Assembly: GCA_029865485.1 (NCBI GenBank)
Contig: JAOUGT010000001.1
Span: forward strand, 603 to 64,602
From: Nitrospira sp.
GTDB lineage: Bacteria > Nitrospirota > Nitrospiria > Nitrospirales > Nitrospiraceae
Reading direction: 5' to 3'
Length of the DNA: 64,000 bases
This document shows positions 27,528 through 37,045 of the stretch, one piece after another. Position numbers and translations under genes: made by a program. Position 1 is the stretch's first letter. Each line of letters starts with the position of its first letter. The notes under the pieces are model-generated. The model worked only from the letters and a program-made list of their open reading frames with translations. It had not been told where the DNA came from and ran no database searches.

Positions 27528-29126
27528 ATGGCCGTAGCAGGAATGAAAATTCTGATCAGCGATAGTTTGTCGAAGCAAGGTGTGGAAGCTCTGGAAAAGG
27601 CAGGATTCACCGTGGTGGTGAAGTCCAAGATGCCGAAGGACGAGCTGTTCAAGGAAATCAAAGATGCCGACGGTTTGATCGTACGCTCCGGCACGAAAGT
27701 CACCGAAGAGCTGCTTGCTGCATCTGAAAAACTCAAGGTGGTTGGACGGGCTGGATCCGGTCTCGACAATGTCGACACGCCTGCGGCGACCCGTCGCGGC
27801 ATTGTCGTGATGAATACCCCAGGAGGAAATACCGTCACGACTGCCGAGCATACGATGTCCATGATCTGCGCCATGAGTCGACGCATTCCCCAAGCGACCG
27901 CGTCCGTCAAGTCCGGAAAATGGGAAAAGGAAAAGTTCATGGGCGTCGAGCTCTACAATAAAGTGCTCGGCATCGTCGGAGCCGGACAGATCGGCAGTCA
28001 TTTGAGTAAAATGGCGCAGGGGATCGGTATGAGCGTGGTAGCCTTTGACCCATACTTGGCGCCTGAACGAGCCGAGCGAATGGGAATTACGATGTTGGAG
28101 CTCGATGAAGTCTTCCGTCGAGCCGACGTCATTTCTGTTCACACGCCGCTCACACCTGAAACACGAGGCATCATTAACGCGCAAGCCATCGCGAAGATGA
28201 AGCCCGGAGTCCTCATCGCCAACTGCGCGCGTGGTGGAATCATCAATGAACAGGATTTGTGCGAAGCATTGAAAAGTAAGCGGGTGGCCGCCGCCGCTTT
28301 CGATGTATTCGAAGAGGAGCCTGTGAAGCCAGACCATCCGCTCCTGGCACTGGATAATTTTATCTGCACCCCGCATATCGGCGCGCAAACGACCGAGGCC
28401 CAGGAAAATGTGGCCATCGGGATCGCCGAGCAGGTTGTCGACTACTTTACCAGGGGAGTGGCCAAAGGAGCCGTCAATATCCCTTCGGTTGCCCCGGAGC
28501 TTCTCCCTCGACTGCAACCATTTCTTGTCCTGGCTGAAAAGCTTGGCTCCCTTCAGACACAGTTGGTGCACAGCGGCGTCGAGCGTGTGACGGTCGAGTA
28601 CAGCGGAGAAGTCGCGGCACTCTCCGTGGCATCATTGACCATTGCCGTGTTGAAAGGTTTGCTCAACCCGATCATGGAGCATCCCGTCAATTACGTGAAC
28701 GCTCCGATCGTGGCGAAAGAGCGCGGCATCGAGGTGAAAGAGATTAAGAGTACGGATGCTGGAGATTTCACAAGTCTCATTCGGGTTCGTGTCGAGGCCG
28801 GGAAAACCTCACATCAAGTTGCAGGGACGTTGTACCACAAGAAAGACGCCAGAATTACCGAGGTCGACCAATTCAAAGTCGAGATGGTCCCAGAAGGGCA
28901 TATGTTGCTCATTCACAATGTTGATCGCCCAGGGGTCATCGGAATGGTAGGGAAAGTCCTTGGCGATCGGGCGATCAATATTCTTCGCATGCAGTGTGCG
29001 TTGGAAAAGCGCGGAGGCGATGCGCTCCTGATCATCGGATCCGATACGGAGTTTCCGGCTGCGGCACTGGATGAGATTCGAGCGAGCTCAAATATTCTCT
29101 CGGTCAAAGTCGCAAACCTGTCCTAG
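27528..29126 (+). CDS. serA: D-3-phosphoglycerate dehydrogenase (long form with ASB and ACT domains)
   Basis: VRSGTKV, GRAGSGLDNVD, GAGQIG, NCARGG, DVFEEEP, TPHIGAQT.EAQ, DRPGVIG. Confidence 0.96.
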   Translation: MAVAGMKILISDSLSKQGVEALEKAGFTVVVKSKMPKDELFKEIKDADGLIVRSGTKVTEELLAASEKLKVVGRAGSGLDNVDTPAATRRGIVVMNTPGGNTVTTAEHTMSMICAMSRRIPQATASVKSGKWEKEKFMGVELYNKVLGIVGAGQIGSHLSKMAQGIGMSVVAFDPYLAPERAERMGITMLELDEVFRRADVISVHTPLTPETRGIINAQAIAKMKPGVLIANCARGGIINEQDLCEALKSKRVAAAAFDVFEEEPVKPDHPLLALDNFICTPHIGAQTTEAQENVAIGIAEQVVDYFTRGVAKGAVNIPSVAPELLPRLQPFLVLAEKLGSLQTQLVHSGVERVTVEYSGEVAALSVASLTIAVLKGLLNPIMEHPVNYVNAPIVAKERGIEVKEIKSTDAGDFTSLIRVRVEAGKTSHQVAGTLYHKKDARITEVDQFKVEMVPEGHMLLIHNVDRPGVIGMVGKVLGDRAINILRMQCALEKRGGDALLIIGSDTEFPAAALDEIRASSNILSVKVANLS

Positions 29127-29148
29127 TTATCCTATTCGCTAGGCTTTT

Positions 29149-30543
29149 ATGGCTACTGCCCCTCCGACGCGACAAGTTTCTTCGGAGAAGGTACCTCTCG
29201 TACGCGAACGTTCACTCGTTCCGGTTGGAATGGCTACAATTCTGCCGGAAGCGACCCGTTATGTTCGCCATCTGGAGTCCGAACTGCTCCAGGGATTCTA
29301 CAGGGCCGGCTATGACGAGATCATTCTCCCCACATTTGAATATCTCGACGTACTGGCACCAGGTCTAGAACCCAGACTAGCGGAGAATTCCTATAAGATT
29401 ATCGATAGGACGACCGGCCGCATCTTGCTCCTCAGGCCGGACGTCACCGCGCAAATCGCGAGAACGGTCGCCATGGGTATGGTCGGCGCTCGCCTCCCCT
29501 TGCGGTTATCATATCGCGCCACGGTATTTCGCTATGAACCAGAACACGTCGGCCGAGACCGCGAGCTCTTTCAGGTCGGCGCCGAACTGATCGGGGTAGA
29601 CGATCCAGCCGCCGATTGCGAAATGATCACCTTGATGATTGAGTCACTTCGCCAGATTGGGCTTCAGTCAATCAAGGTGTCCCTGGGCCATGTCGGATTT
29701 TTTAAAGGTCTCCTGGTCTGTGCCGGACTTACTCCTGAGGGAAGGAAACGGGCAGAGGAGGCAGCCGCCAGAAAGGATTTGCCGCGGCTCGAAGAAATTC
29801 TGTTGCAAGAACGCGTGAGCAAGCGCTCAGCGCATCGGATTCTGAGTGCGCTCGAGCTCTGCGGAACCGCTGAAGTCTTCGTTAAAGGACGCACCCTCGC
29901 AAAAGGTGAGGCACCGCTCCTACAGGCGTTAGACCGATTGGAACATGTCTATCACGTGCTGTGTGCCTCAGGGTTCAAAGACCTTCTCTTGCTCGATTTG
30001 GGCGAGTTTCGAGGGTTCGATTACTATGATGGAGTGGTCTTCGACGTATTTTCGGATGGGATCGAGGTGGAATTAGGTGGGGGAGGGCGATACAATCACC
30101 TTATCGGACGGTTTGGTCGTGATCTGCCATCCACAGGATTTGGTCTCAATGTCGATAGCCTCTTCCGGAGCCTCAATCTTTCAGGAGCCATGAAACCTCT
30201 TGAGTCCAAAATTCTTGTTATAGGCCCCGGTCACATGTCCCATGAACTGGTCTCTCTCGCCCAAGAACTTCGCCAGTCCGGATTGAGAGTCCTTCAACGA
30301 TCCATCGCAGCCGCTGCTCAGGATTTGCCCCGTCTCGCTGCTGATATCGGTCGTGAATCAGACGGCTCCACGATCATTGTGCTCGGCACGGATACATCCC
30401 ACGCGGACCGTGTTTTGCTGTTGGAACGGACTGAGCCACAACGAGTCGGCAATACGAGGAGAACACCCCCGTTTCAGAGTCGAACCGTGCCGAAACAAGA
30501 TCTGGTTCATACGCTGCGTCGTGGTCCTGAAAGGGCATCATGA
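29149..30543 (+). CDS. hisZ: ATP phosphoribosyltransferase regulatory subunit
   Basis: PTFEY, LRPDVTAQIAR, RELFQVGAELIG, LGHVG, YYDGVVF, GGGRYN, TGFG (HisRS-like paralog pattern). Confidence 0.9.
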   Translation: MATAPPTRQVSSEKVPLVRERSLVPVGMATILPEATRYVRHLESELLQGFYRAGYDEIILPTFEYLDVLAPGLEPRLAENSYKIIDRTTGRILLLRPDVTAQIARTVAMGMVGARLPLRLSYRATVFRYEPEHVGRDRELFQVGAELIGVDDPAADCEMITLMIESLRQIGLQSIKVSLGHVGFFKGLLVCAGLTPEGRKRAEEAAARKDLPRLEEILLQERVSKRSAHRILSALELCGTAEVFVKGRTLAKGEAPLLQALDRLEHVYHVLCASGFKDLLLLDLGEFRGFDYYDGVVFDVFSDGIEVELGGGGRYNHLIGRFGRDLPSTGFGLNVDSLFRSLNLSGAMKPLESKILVIGPGHMSHELVSLAQELRQSGLRVLQRSIAAAAQDLPRLAADIGRESDGSTIIVLGTDTSHADRVLLLERTEPQRVGNTRRTPPFQSRTVPKQDLVHTLRRGPERAS

Positions 30544-31892
30544 CGGCGAGCAGTTCTGTTGATCTCTCTCAACCAAAGCTTCCGCCACAAAACTTGGAGG
30601 CTGAGCAGTCAGTGCTTGGTGCAATCCTGCTTGATAACGCCGCCATGCCGAAGGCCATGGAACTGCTGGTCGAGGACGATTTCTACCGCACGGCCCACAA
30701 GAAAGTGTTTCAAGCGATGCTGGAGCTCGCTGATACCGGCGAAGTGATTGACCATATCACGTTGACTGAGCGGCTCAAGGCCCGTAAGGAGATCGAGGCG
30801 GTTGGAGGGGCAGCCTATCTCGCGGAATTGGTTCAGATGGTCCCAAGTTCTGCCAATATTCGCTACCACTGCAAGATCGTTCGAGACAAGGCCGTCGCCC
30901 GTCAGCTCATCAGCACGTCGACAGAGGTGCTCACCAGAGGATATGAAGGCACTGCCTCCATCGACGATCTACTCGATTTCGCGGAACGGTCGGTGTTCAG
31001 TATTGCCCAAGGGAAACTGGAGCGGTCGTTCAGCCCGATCAGTCAGGTCATTAAGGAAAGCCTCGATGTCATCGACAAACTGTCGAAACGAAAAGAGCAT
31101 GTCACCGGCGTGCCGACCGGCTACTATGATCTCGATGATATTACCGCTGGACTGCAGGCTTCGGACTTGATTGTCGTCGCAGGGCGGCCAAGCATGGGGA
31201 AAACAAGCCTGGCCTTGGGGTTTGCCACACATGCCGCCATTCACGCAAACACGGTCGTTGGTATCTTCAGTCTCGAAATGTCCAAACCCCAAATCGTCCT
31301 GCGCATGCTCAGCTCTGAAGCCCGTGTCGACTCCCACGCGCTCAGGACAGGGAAACTACAGAAAGAAGACTGGTGGAGACTGGCAGAGGCCGCTGGTCGG
31401 TTAGAACAGGCCCCGATCTATATCGACGATACCGGAGGAATCACCGTGCAGCAGATGCGCGGGAAGGCACGTCGTCTCAAGGCGGAGAAGGGGCTGGATC
31501 TCCTCATCGTCGACTATCTACAACTGATGCAAGGCCGAAGTGATTCCGAATCTCGCCAACAGGAAATCTCCGATATCTCTCGCTCCTTGAAAGCCCTGGC
31601 CAAAGAGCTCAATGTCCCGGTGGTCGCACTGTCTCAGTTGAGCCGTGCCGTAGAGGCACGCAAACCACCGATTCCCATGCTGGCCGACCTCCGGGAAAGT
31701 GGAGCAATCGAGCAGGATGCCGATGTCGTCATGTTCATCTACCGCGAAGATGTGTACGATCAAAACTCAGAACGAAAGGGGATTGCTGATATCATTGTCA
31801 GCAAACATCGAAACGGGCCTATTGGGAAGAAAGAGCTGTTTTTCCAGGATCGCTACGCCAAGTTCGAAAGCCTCGATCTTCGTGAGTCCTAG
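30540..31892 (+). CDS. dnaB: Replicative DNA helicase
   Basis: EAEQSVLG, GRPSMGKT, FSLEM, VDYLQL, LSQLSR, DLRESGAIEQDAD, KHRNGP. No intein. Confidence 0.97.
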   Translation: MTASSSVDLSQPKLPPQNLEAEQSVLGAILLDNAAMPKAMELLVEDDFYRTAHKKVFQAMLELADTGEVIDHITLTERLKARKEIEAVGGAAYLAELVQMVPSSANIRYHCKIVRDKAVARQLISTSTEVLTRGYEGTASIDDLLDFAERSVFSIAQGKLERSFSPISQVIKESLDVIDKLSKRKEHVTGVPTGYYDLDDITAGLQASDLIVVAGRPSMGKTSLALGFATHAAIHANTVVGIFSLEMSKPQIVLRMLSSEARVDSHALRTGKLQKEDWWRLAEAAGRLEQAPIYIDDTGGITVQQMRGKARRLKAEKGLDLLIVDYLQLMQGRSDSESRQQEISDISRSLKALAKELNVPVVALSQLSRAVEARKPPIPMLADLRESGAIEQDADVVMFIYREDVYDQNSERKGIADIIVSKHRNGPIGKKELFFQDRYAKFESLDLRES

Positions 31893-31992
31893 CAGCCAAG
31901 TCGATGCGTATTCGTTACCGCACATTGAACTGCTGCGCAATGCAAACAGGACGCGGGAGGACTTCTTCGAGATCCACGGGACATCGAGCCGT

Positions 31993-32021
31993 TTGCGCAT
32001 CCCTCCGGCACTCGGTATAAT
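31993..32021 (+). promoter_or_regulatory. Sigma70-type promoter
   Basis: TTGCGC-17 nt-TATAAT. Confidence 0.6.
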
Positions 32022-32027
32022 CTCCCT

Positions 32028-33899
32028 GTGTCCATGCCAAGCCAACCCAGTGAACGCAGCAAGCAGAACCTCACCATGACGTGTGGAAGTAAATCGTCAA
32101 CGAGAAGCAGTTTCATTCCACAAGGAGTGAGTTGGCTCCTTCCCTGTGTCCTTGTGGCCTGTGCAGCAGCCCCTCACCCACAGAAGACCGCTCAACCGCC
32201 GATTGCAACACAGCAGCCTTCACCTGCTGCGCCAGAGTCTGATGCCACATATCATTTCATGATGGGTCATCAGGCGGAGCTCTCCCAAGATATCGATACC
32301 GCCATCAAGGAATATCAGGCAGCCTTAAAAATCGATCCGAAGTCACGAGAAGTCCAAGCGCGTTTGGCAGCTCTCTACTTTGCCTTGGGTGATTTTCCAC
32401 AGGCCATTCAGTATGCCGAGGAAGTGGGACAGGGGACAGGACAAGAGCCACAGATGCTCACACAGATGGCCGGTATCCTCGCCAGTGCCGGGAAGTCGGA
32501 CCGAGCCCTTGAACTGTTGGACAAGGCGATCGAGAGTGCCCCAGAGAGGGGAGAGTCCTATTTCCCCAAGGGGTTGATCCTGCTAAACCAGAAACGTGTC
32601 GCCGAGGCGGAGCAGGCCGTGAAAAAGGGGCTGCAGTACAGCCAAGACTCACCGATTGGTCACTATTACCTCGGGCGAGTCTCTCTAGAGGCAGGAAACA
32701 CCGATCAAGCCGTAGCAAACTTTGACCGCGCCATCACCGTCAATCCCTCGTTTGAACCGGCCTATCTGGCACAAGCATCGGTGTTCGAGTCACGCCAGGA
32801 GAAAGACAAGGCCATTTCCGTTTTGAAAAGATATCTTGAGCAGGTCAATCCACGCAATCGGGACATTCGCCAACATTTGGTCCAGCTATACATTGCAACC
32901 AAAGACTATGCCGGAGGCCTCGCAGAACTTGAAACGATGCTGCAAGACAATCCCGGCGATCTCGATGCCCAATTGCGAATGGCGCTGATCTACGGAGAAA
33001 AAAAAGAGTTCTCCAAAGCAATCAACCTCTTGACCGAGATTTTGAACGCCAAGCCGGCGGAGCTCAAGGTGCGTGATTACCTTGGATACTTATACGAAGA
33101 GACAAAGGACTTTCCCAAGGCCATAGAAACCTACCGGTACAACCTTCACTTGGATCCTAGGTTCTCCGATAGCCACATTCACCTGGGCGTGCTCCTCTAT
33201 CGGCTCAAACAGTTCCCTGAAGCGGTGACACATCTCGATGAAGCCGTGCATCTGGTGCCGAAGCAACCAGAACCCTACATTGTATTGGGACTGGCCCATT
33301 TGCAGAGTGAGCAGTTTGAAAAGGCCACGCACGCATTTGAAGAAGGGATCCGGCATCATCCTAAGAACGCCGATCTTCATTTCAACCTTGGCACGGCATA
33401 CGACAAGTTGAATCGATTCCAGGACGTGGAACAGGCGATGGAGACAGCGCTCTCGCTGGATCCTCACCATGCCGATGCACTGAATTATCTTGGCTATAGT
33501 TATGCAGACCGCGGGATCAAGATCGAACAGGCGTTGTCCTTGACCAAACGGGCGGTCGCCTTGAAACCGGAAAATGGGTACTATGTGGATAGCCTGGGAT
33601 GGGCCTTCTATAAATCCGGTATGCTCACCGAGGCTCTCATTGAAATCAAGAAAGCCGTCAGCCTTGTGGGCGACGACCCTGTGATCTATGAGCATTTAGG
33701 GGACATTTACATGAAGCAACAGAAGTCTACGGACGCGCGTGACGCGTGGCTTCATTCCCTTGAGCTCGACCCTTCCAACGACAAATTACTCCAACGATTT
33801 CGTGAGCACGGCATGACCAATCCGGCCTATGAAGAGCGAATCCAGCAGGCCAAGCGCCGTGTTGCAGAGAAGACACAGAGTCACCAGGCCATTCCCTAA
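32028..33899 (+). CDS. Long TPR-repeat (lipo)protein
   Basis: Possible lipobox LVAC, many TPRs, ALNYLGYS…YVDSLGW…EHLGD C-terminal motif. Start uncertain. Confidence 0.88.
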   Translation: MSMPSQPSERSKQNLTMTCGSKSSTRSSFIPQGVSWLLPCVLVACAAAPHPQKTAQPPIATQQPSPAAPESDATYHFMMGHQAELSQDIDTAIKEYQAALKIDPKSREVQARLAALYFALGDFPQAIQYAEEVGQGTGQEPQMLTQMAGILASAGKSDRALELLDKAIESAPERGESYFPKGLILLNQKRVAEAEQAVKKGLQYSQDSPIGHYYLGRVSLEAGNTDQAVANFDRAITVNPSFEPAYLAQASVFESRQEKDKAISVLKRYLEQVNPRNRDIRQHLVQLYIATKDYAGGLAELETMLQDNPGDLDAQLRMALIYGEKKEFSKAINLLTEILNAKPAELKVRDYLGYLYEETKDFPKAIETYRYNLHLDPRFSDSHIHLGVLLYRLKQFPEAVTHLDEAVHLVPKQPEPYIVLGLAHLQSEQFEKATHAFEEGIRHHPKNADLHFNLGTAYDKLNRFQDVEQAMETALSLDPHHADALNYLGYSYADRGIKIEQALSLTKRAVALKPENGYYVDSLGWAFYKSGMLTEALIEIKKAVSLVGDDPVIYEHLGDIYMKQQKSTDARDAWLHSLELDPSNDKLLQRFREHGMTNPAYEERIQQAKRRVAEKTQSHQAIP

Positions 33900-34131
33900 C
33901 CGTATCCTTTCTATCCAAGCAAGCCCTTATCTCTTGCGCCCCACAAGCAGGTGTTGCCTGGTTTCCGTTTGTCCGTTGTTGCCTGCTTCTGAACCCTACC
34001 AGTGCCAATTCTTGGCCATTCTGAACACATTACGGTCACACAAGCGGCCACTGAGGGTGGTTCCCATGGCAGCTTTTTCATAACTTATTGCAACATCAGG
34101 GATCAGTGCTACCCTATGCCTTGTCACTGGG

Positions 34132-34147
34132 CGGCATTGAACCTGCT
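34132..34147 (+). promoter_or_regulatory. Sigma54 (-24/-12) promoter of pilA
   Basis: CGGCAT-TGAAC-CTGCT (GG-N10-GC), ~80 nt upstream of the pilin ATG. Pilin genes are commonly RpoN-dependent. Confidence 0.65.
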
Positions 34148-34228
34148 ATGAGAACCGGTAGGCGGCAACACAGGCGCCGCAGGTTATGAATCGAGCCGTC
34201 AGTGAACCATCAACAAGGAGGCAGTACA

Positions 34229-34753
34229 ATGTTGACGTCGCTCCGTAAACAAGAGGGTTTTACCCTCATTGAGTTGATGATCGTCGTGGCGATCATCGGG
34301 ATTCTGGCGGCTATCGCCATTCCGAACTTCATCGCCTACCAGGCGAAGTCAAAGCAAGCAGAGGCGAAGGTTGCTCTCGGTGCAATTTTCACTTCAGCGG
34401 TGGCCTTTCAAGCTGAAACGGCTCCGCAGACCTATGCACCGTCAGCGATTGGACTGATCGGTTATACGCCGTCTGGAAATCCTCGATACTCTTTCTGGTA
34501 TGCAGTTGATGCGGCTGTCGGTGGTCCCGGTCCAGGTACACCCACGGTATTTCCTGGAGCGCCAGCTGTGGTCGCAGGTTCTTGCAACACGGGTGTTGCC
34601 CCTGCTACTGGAGCCACTGTAGCGGCCAGCCCAACCGGCTTTACTACTGGAGCGATTGGAAACGTCGATGGCGACGTAGCCTGCGACGAGTGGTTCATGA
34701 ACGACCAAAGGTCCCTGACGAATACCAAGAATGACGTGTCGGCGACAACCTAG
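34229..34753 (+). CDS. pilA: Type IVa major pilin
   Basis: AAGGAGG RBS, leader [10 protein letters not shown]|[24 protein letters not shown], Cys pair, GNVDGD..CDEW C-terminal motif as in Myxococcus-type pilins. Confidence 0.93.
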   Translation: MLTSLRKQEGFTLIELMIVVAIIGILAAIAIPNFIAYQAKSKQAEAKVALGAIFTSAVAFQAETAPQTYAPSAIGLIGYTPSGNPRYSFWYAVDAAVGGPGPGTPTVFPGAPAVVAGSCNTGVAPATGATVAASPTGFTTGAIGNVDGDVACDEWFMNDQRSLTNTKNDVSATT

Positions 34754-34796
34754 GTTCTTGTGCTAAGACGGAACGAAAGTCTCGTCTTCAGACAAT

Positions 34797-34843
34797 GAGG
34801 GGGGGGGGAAGACCATTGTAGGTCCTCCCTCCCTTTCAGTTTT
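34797..34843 (+). terminator. Intrinsic terminator after pilA with a G10 tract in the left arm
   Basis: GAG(G)nAAGACC-ATTGTA-GGTCCTCCCTCCC followed by TTTCAGTTTT. A second small hairpin lies at 34765-34788. Confidence 0.65.
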
Positions 34844-34863
34844 GTATAAGAGGACGGATTGTT

Positions 34864-34892
34864 TTGACAAGGCCGGGGATGAATTCTACAGT
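34864..34892 (+). promoter_or_regulatory. Sigma70-type promoter of the glycan locus
   Basis: TTGACA-17 nt-TACAGT. Confidence 0.6.
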
Positions 34893-34981
34893 TGCTAACT
34901 GGTTCAACCGCCGATGCTCACAAGAACCATGGCAACTTCACTCGCGCCTTCGCTTCAACTACATAGACAGAGCATATGTAG

Positions 34982-37045
34982 GTGATGGCAGCAATGATCG
35001 AACATTATCTGGACGAACAGTGCGCGAAATCCAACCTCACCTCTCGCAAGACATATAGCAGCCGCGCAGTGACATCAGCTGTGAGCCCATTTCTTGCCCC
35101 ATCAGTCTCACGAGCAACTCTCCTGCTCGGAGGCCTCATTATCTTCTCGCCTTTGATGGAAGGCGGGACCACTCACTTTCCAGTATTAATCATGCGGCTA
35201 ACCCTAGTCGTTGCAGTCGTCGCCTGGACGATTTCTCAAATGAGACTCAACACGATCATACTTGCTCGGAACTGCTTGAACCCCATACTGTTGGTCTTCT
35301 TGGGATTGGTAGGGTTCTCTATTTGGTTGGCGCCCTACAAAAATCCAAGTGTTCAGTGGCTTATGAGTATTGTGATGTATGTCGCCTTATTCGGTGTGGT
35401 GCTCCAAGGGGTGCGGTCCAGCCAACAGATATGGCAGATATCCATGGTGATAGTGAGTATGGGGGTTGTGGAAGCCGGACTAGGCATTGCTCAGTACCTT
35501 TGGCTCGCCGAATTCAGATCCAAAGGTACGTTCTTCAATCCAAACTTCTTTGCGACTTACGAGGTCGTGACCCTATCCGTGTTGCTTGGTCTATTGAGTG
35601 GCGTCCAAAACGGTGAATTGAATCGGTGGCAGTGGGCTTTCCTCTGGAGCGCGGTGGGGATCATGTGTGCAGCCTTTGTGATGGCCCAATCGCGAGGCGC
35701 TCTCCTGGCACTTGTCGTTGCGATGATATTCATAGGCTGTGCGCGATTTGGTGGGCGTGCATTGATTGTCGTTATTCTAAGTCTGCTTGCGGGGGCCGTG
35801 ATCCCAAATCCGCTCCAGCAGCGGGTGCAAGATGTGTCTGTGCAGGATCCGTATGCTTACAGTCGGATGGATATTTGGAAGAGCTCGTTCGACCGTGTGG
35901 TTGATCGGCCGCTGGGCGCTGGACTTGGCATGTATAAATACACCTCGTTTCAGTTTCGATTCCCCATAGAGTCGAACATTGTTCGCTATGGGAAGAGGGC
36001 AGAGTCCGCACATAATGAATATCTCCAGATGGCTGTCGAATTAGGTGTGGGCGGACTCGCGCTCTTTGTGATTGGTGCCCTGTACTGGGCAAGGGAAGTG
36101 AAGGCCACATTGGGAGCCAATCTAGAGTCCTGGGAGCGCGGTCTTGTGACTGGGCTCAGCGGCGGTGTCGTAGCTATTCTAGCTCACGGTACTGTGGATT
36201 CCATATTTCATGAACCAGCATTGGTTATTCTGCTCATCGTGTGTGGAGGTTCTGTTCTTGCGCTCCAAATCGCAAAGAAGCCCGGCGAGGCATTGTTGAG
36301 CGTGCCATTTCCTTACCACCCGATCCGCGTGGCTCTCACATTGGCGTTTGGTGGGATACTTGCCGTTCTCGCCACCCAACCGGCGGCGGGATGGTACGCT
36401 CATGCCCGAGGACAGGATGAAGCTATGGCTGGTCGGCCAGGCCTAGCGCTCAAGTGGTTCCAGTTGGCTTCTCGGATCGATCCCGGGGTGACGGGATATC
36501 ATGATGATGTCGCACGGATATCGGTCCAGCACTTCAAGGAGTCTGGCGATCCAAAGTGGCTCATTCTAGCGGTCGAGGAGGAAGATCTCGCGATCAAACT
36601 CAACCCAATGGATGGGCGATTCCCTTATCGGTTGGGAACGATTTATTCGGCATTAGCAGAGCTGAATCAAGAGGGGCCTCAACGCGATAATTTACGGAGC
36701 GAGGCGGCCCGTGCGTACCAACAAGCTATCCGGACAGATCCGTACACCCCAATGAGCTATTTGGCATTGGCCAACATACGGTTGAGTGAGGGACAGAGGG
36801 AAGAGGCAAAATCTTGGCTACTGCGAGCGGTAAGCACTGAACCCAACTTCCTTCCAGCTCGCGCAGCTCTTGCTGAACTCTCTCTTAAGTCCGGAGATCT
36901 TCCTGCCGCACAATTGGAGTTGGAAACGATTGCCAGTATCAAACGAAAGTATGAAAGGAGAATTTTGAGCGATTTGGAGCGCCAGTTTTTGGATGTTGAT
37001 CTTGAGTCCATGAGTAAAGCATTGGCGTCGAGGTTCTCCAAGTGA
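34982..37045 (+). CDS. O-antigen ligase / O-oligosaccharyltransferase family (Wzy_C) protein with C-terminal TPRs
   Basis: Many TM helices, GTFFNPNFFA, SRGALL, R..IW, PLGAGLG, AHNEYLQMAVELG.GG, TPR tail. Start uncertain. Confidence 0.88.
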   Translation: MMAAMIEHYLDEQCAKSNLTSRKTYSSRAVTSAVSPFLAPSVSRATLLLGGLIIFSPLMEGGTTHFPVLIMRLTLVVAVVAWTISQMRLNTIILARNCLNPILLVFLGLVGFSIWLAPYKNPSVQWLMSIVMYVALFGVVLQGVRSSQQIWQISMVIVSMGVVEAGLGIAQYLWLAEFRSKGTFFNPNFFATYEVVTLSVLLGLLSGVQNGELNRWQWAFLWSAVGIMCAAFVMAQSRGALLALVVAMIFIGCARFGGRALIVVILSLLAGAVIPNPLQQRVQDVSVQDPYAYSRMDIWKSSFDRVVDRPLGAGLGMYKYTSFQFRFPIESNIVRYGKRAESAHNEYLQMAVELGVGGLALFVIGALYWAREVKATLGANLESWERGLVTGLSGGVVAILAHGTVDSIFHEPALVILLIVCGGSVLALQIAKKPGEALLSVPFPYHPIRVALTLAFGGILAVLATQPAAGWYAHARGQDEAMAGRPGLALKWFQLASRIDPGVTGYHDDVARISVQHFKESGDPKWLILAVEEEDLAIKLNPMDGRFPYRLGTIYSALAELNQEGPQRDNLRSEAARAYQQAIRTDPYTPMSYLALANIRLSEGQREEAKSWLLRAVSTEPNFLPARAALAELSLKSGDLPAAQLELETIASIKRKYERRILSDLERQFLDVDLESMSKALASRFSK

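Noticed and set aside
34229-34753. Electrically conductive e-pilin
   Set aside because: Manual count gives 15 aromatics in 164 mature residues (~9%) with a 29-residue aromatic-free gap. The sequence is a long Myxococcus-type pilin.
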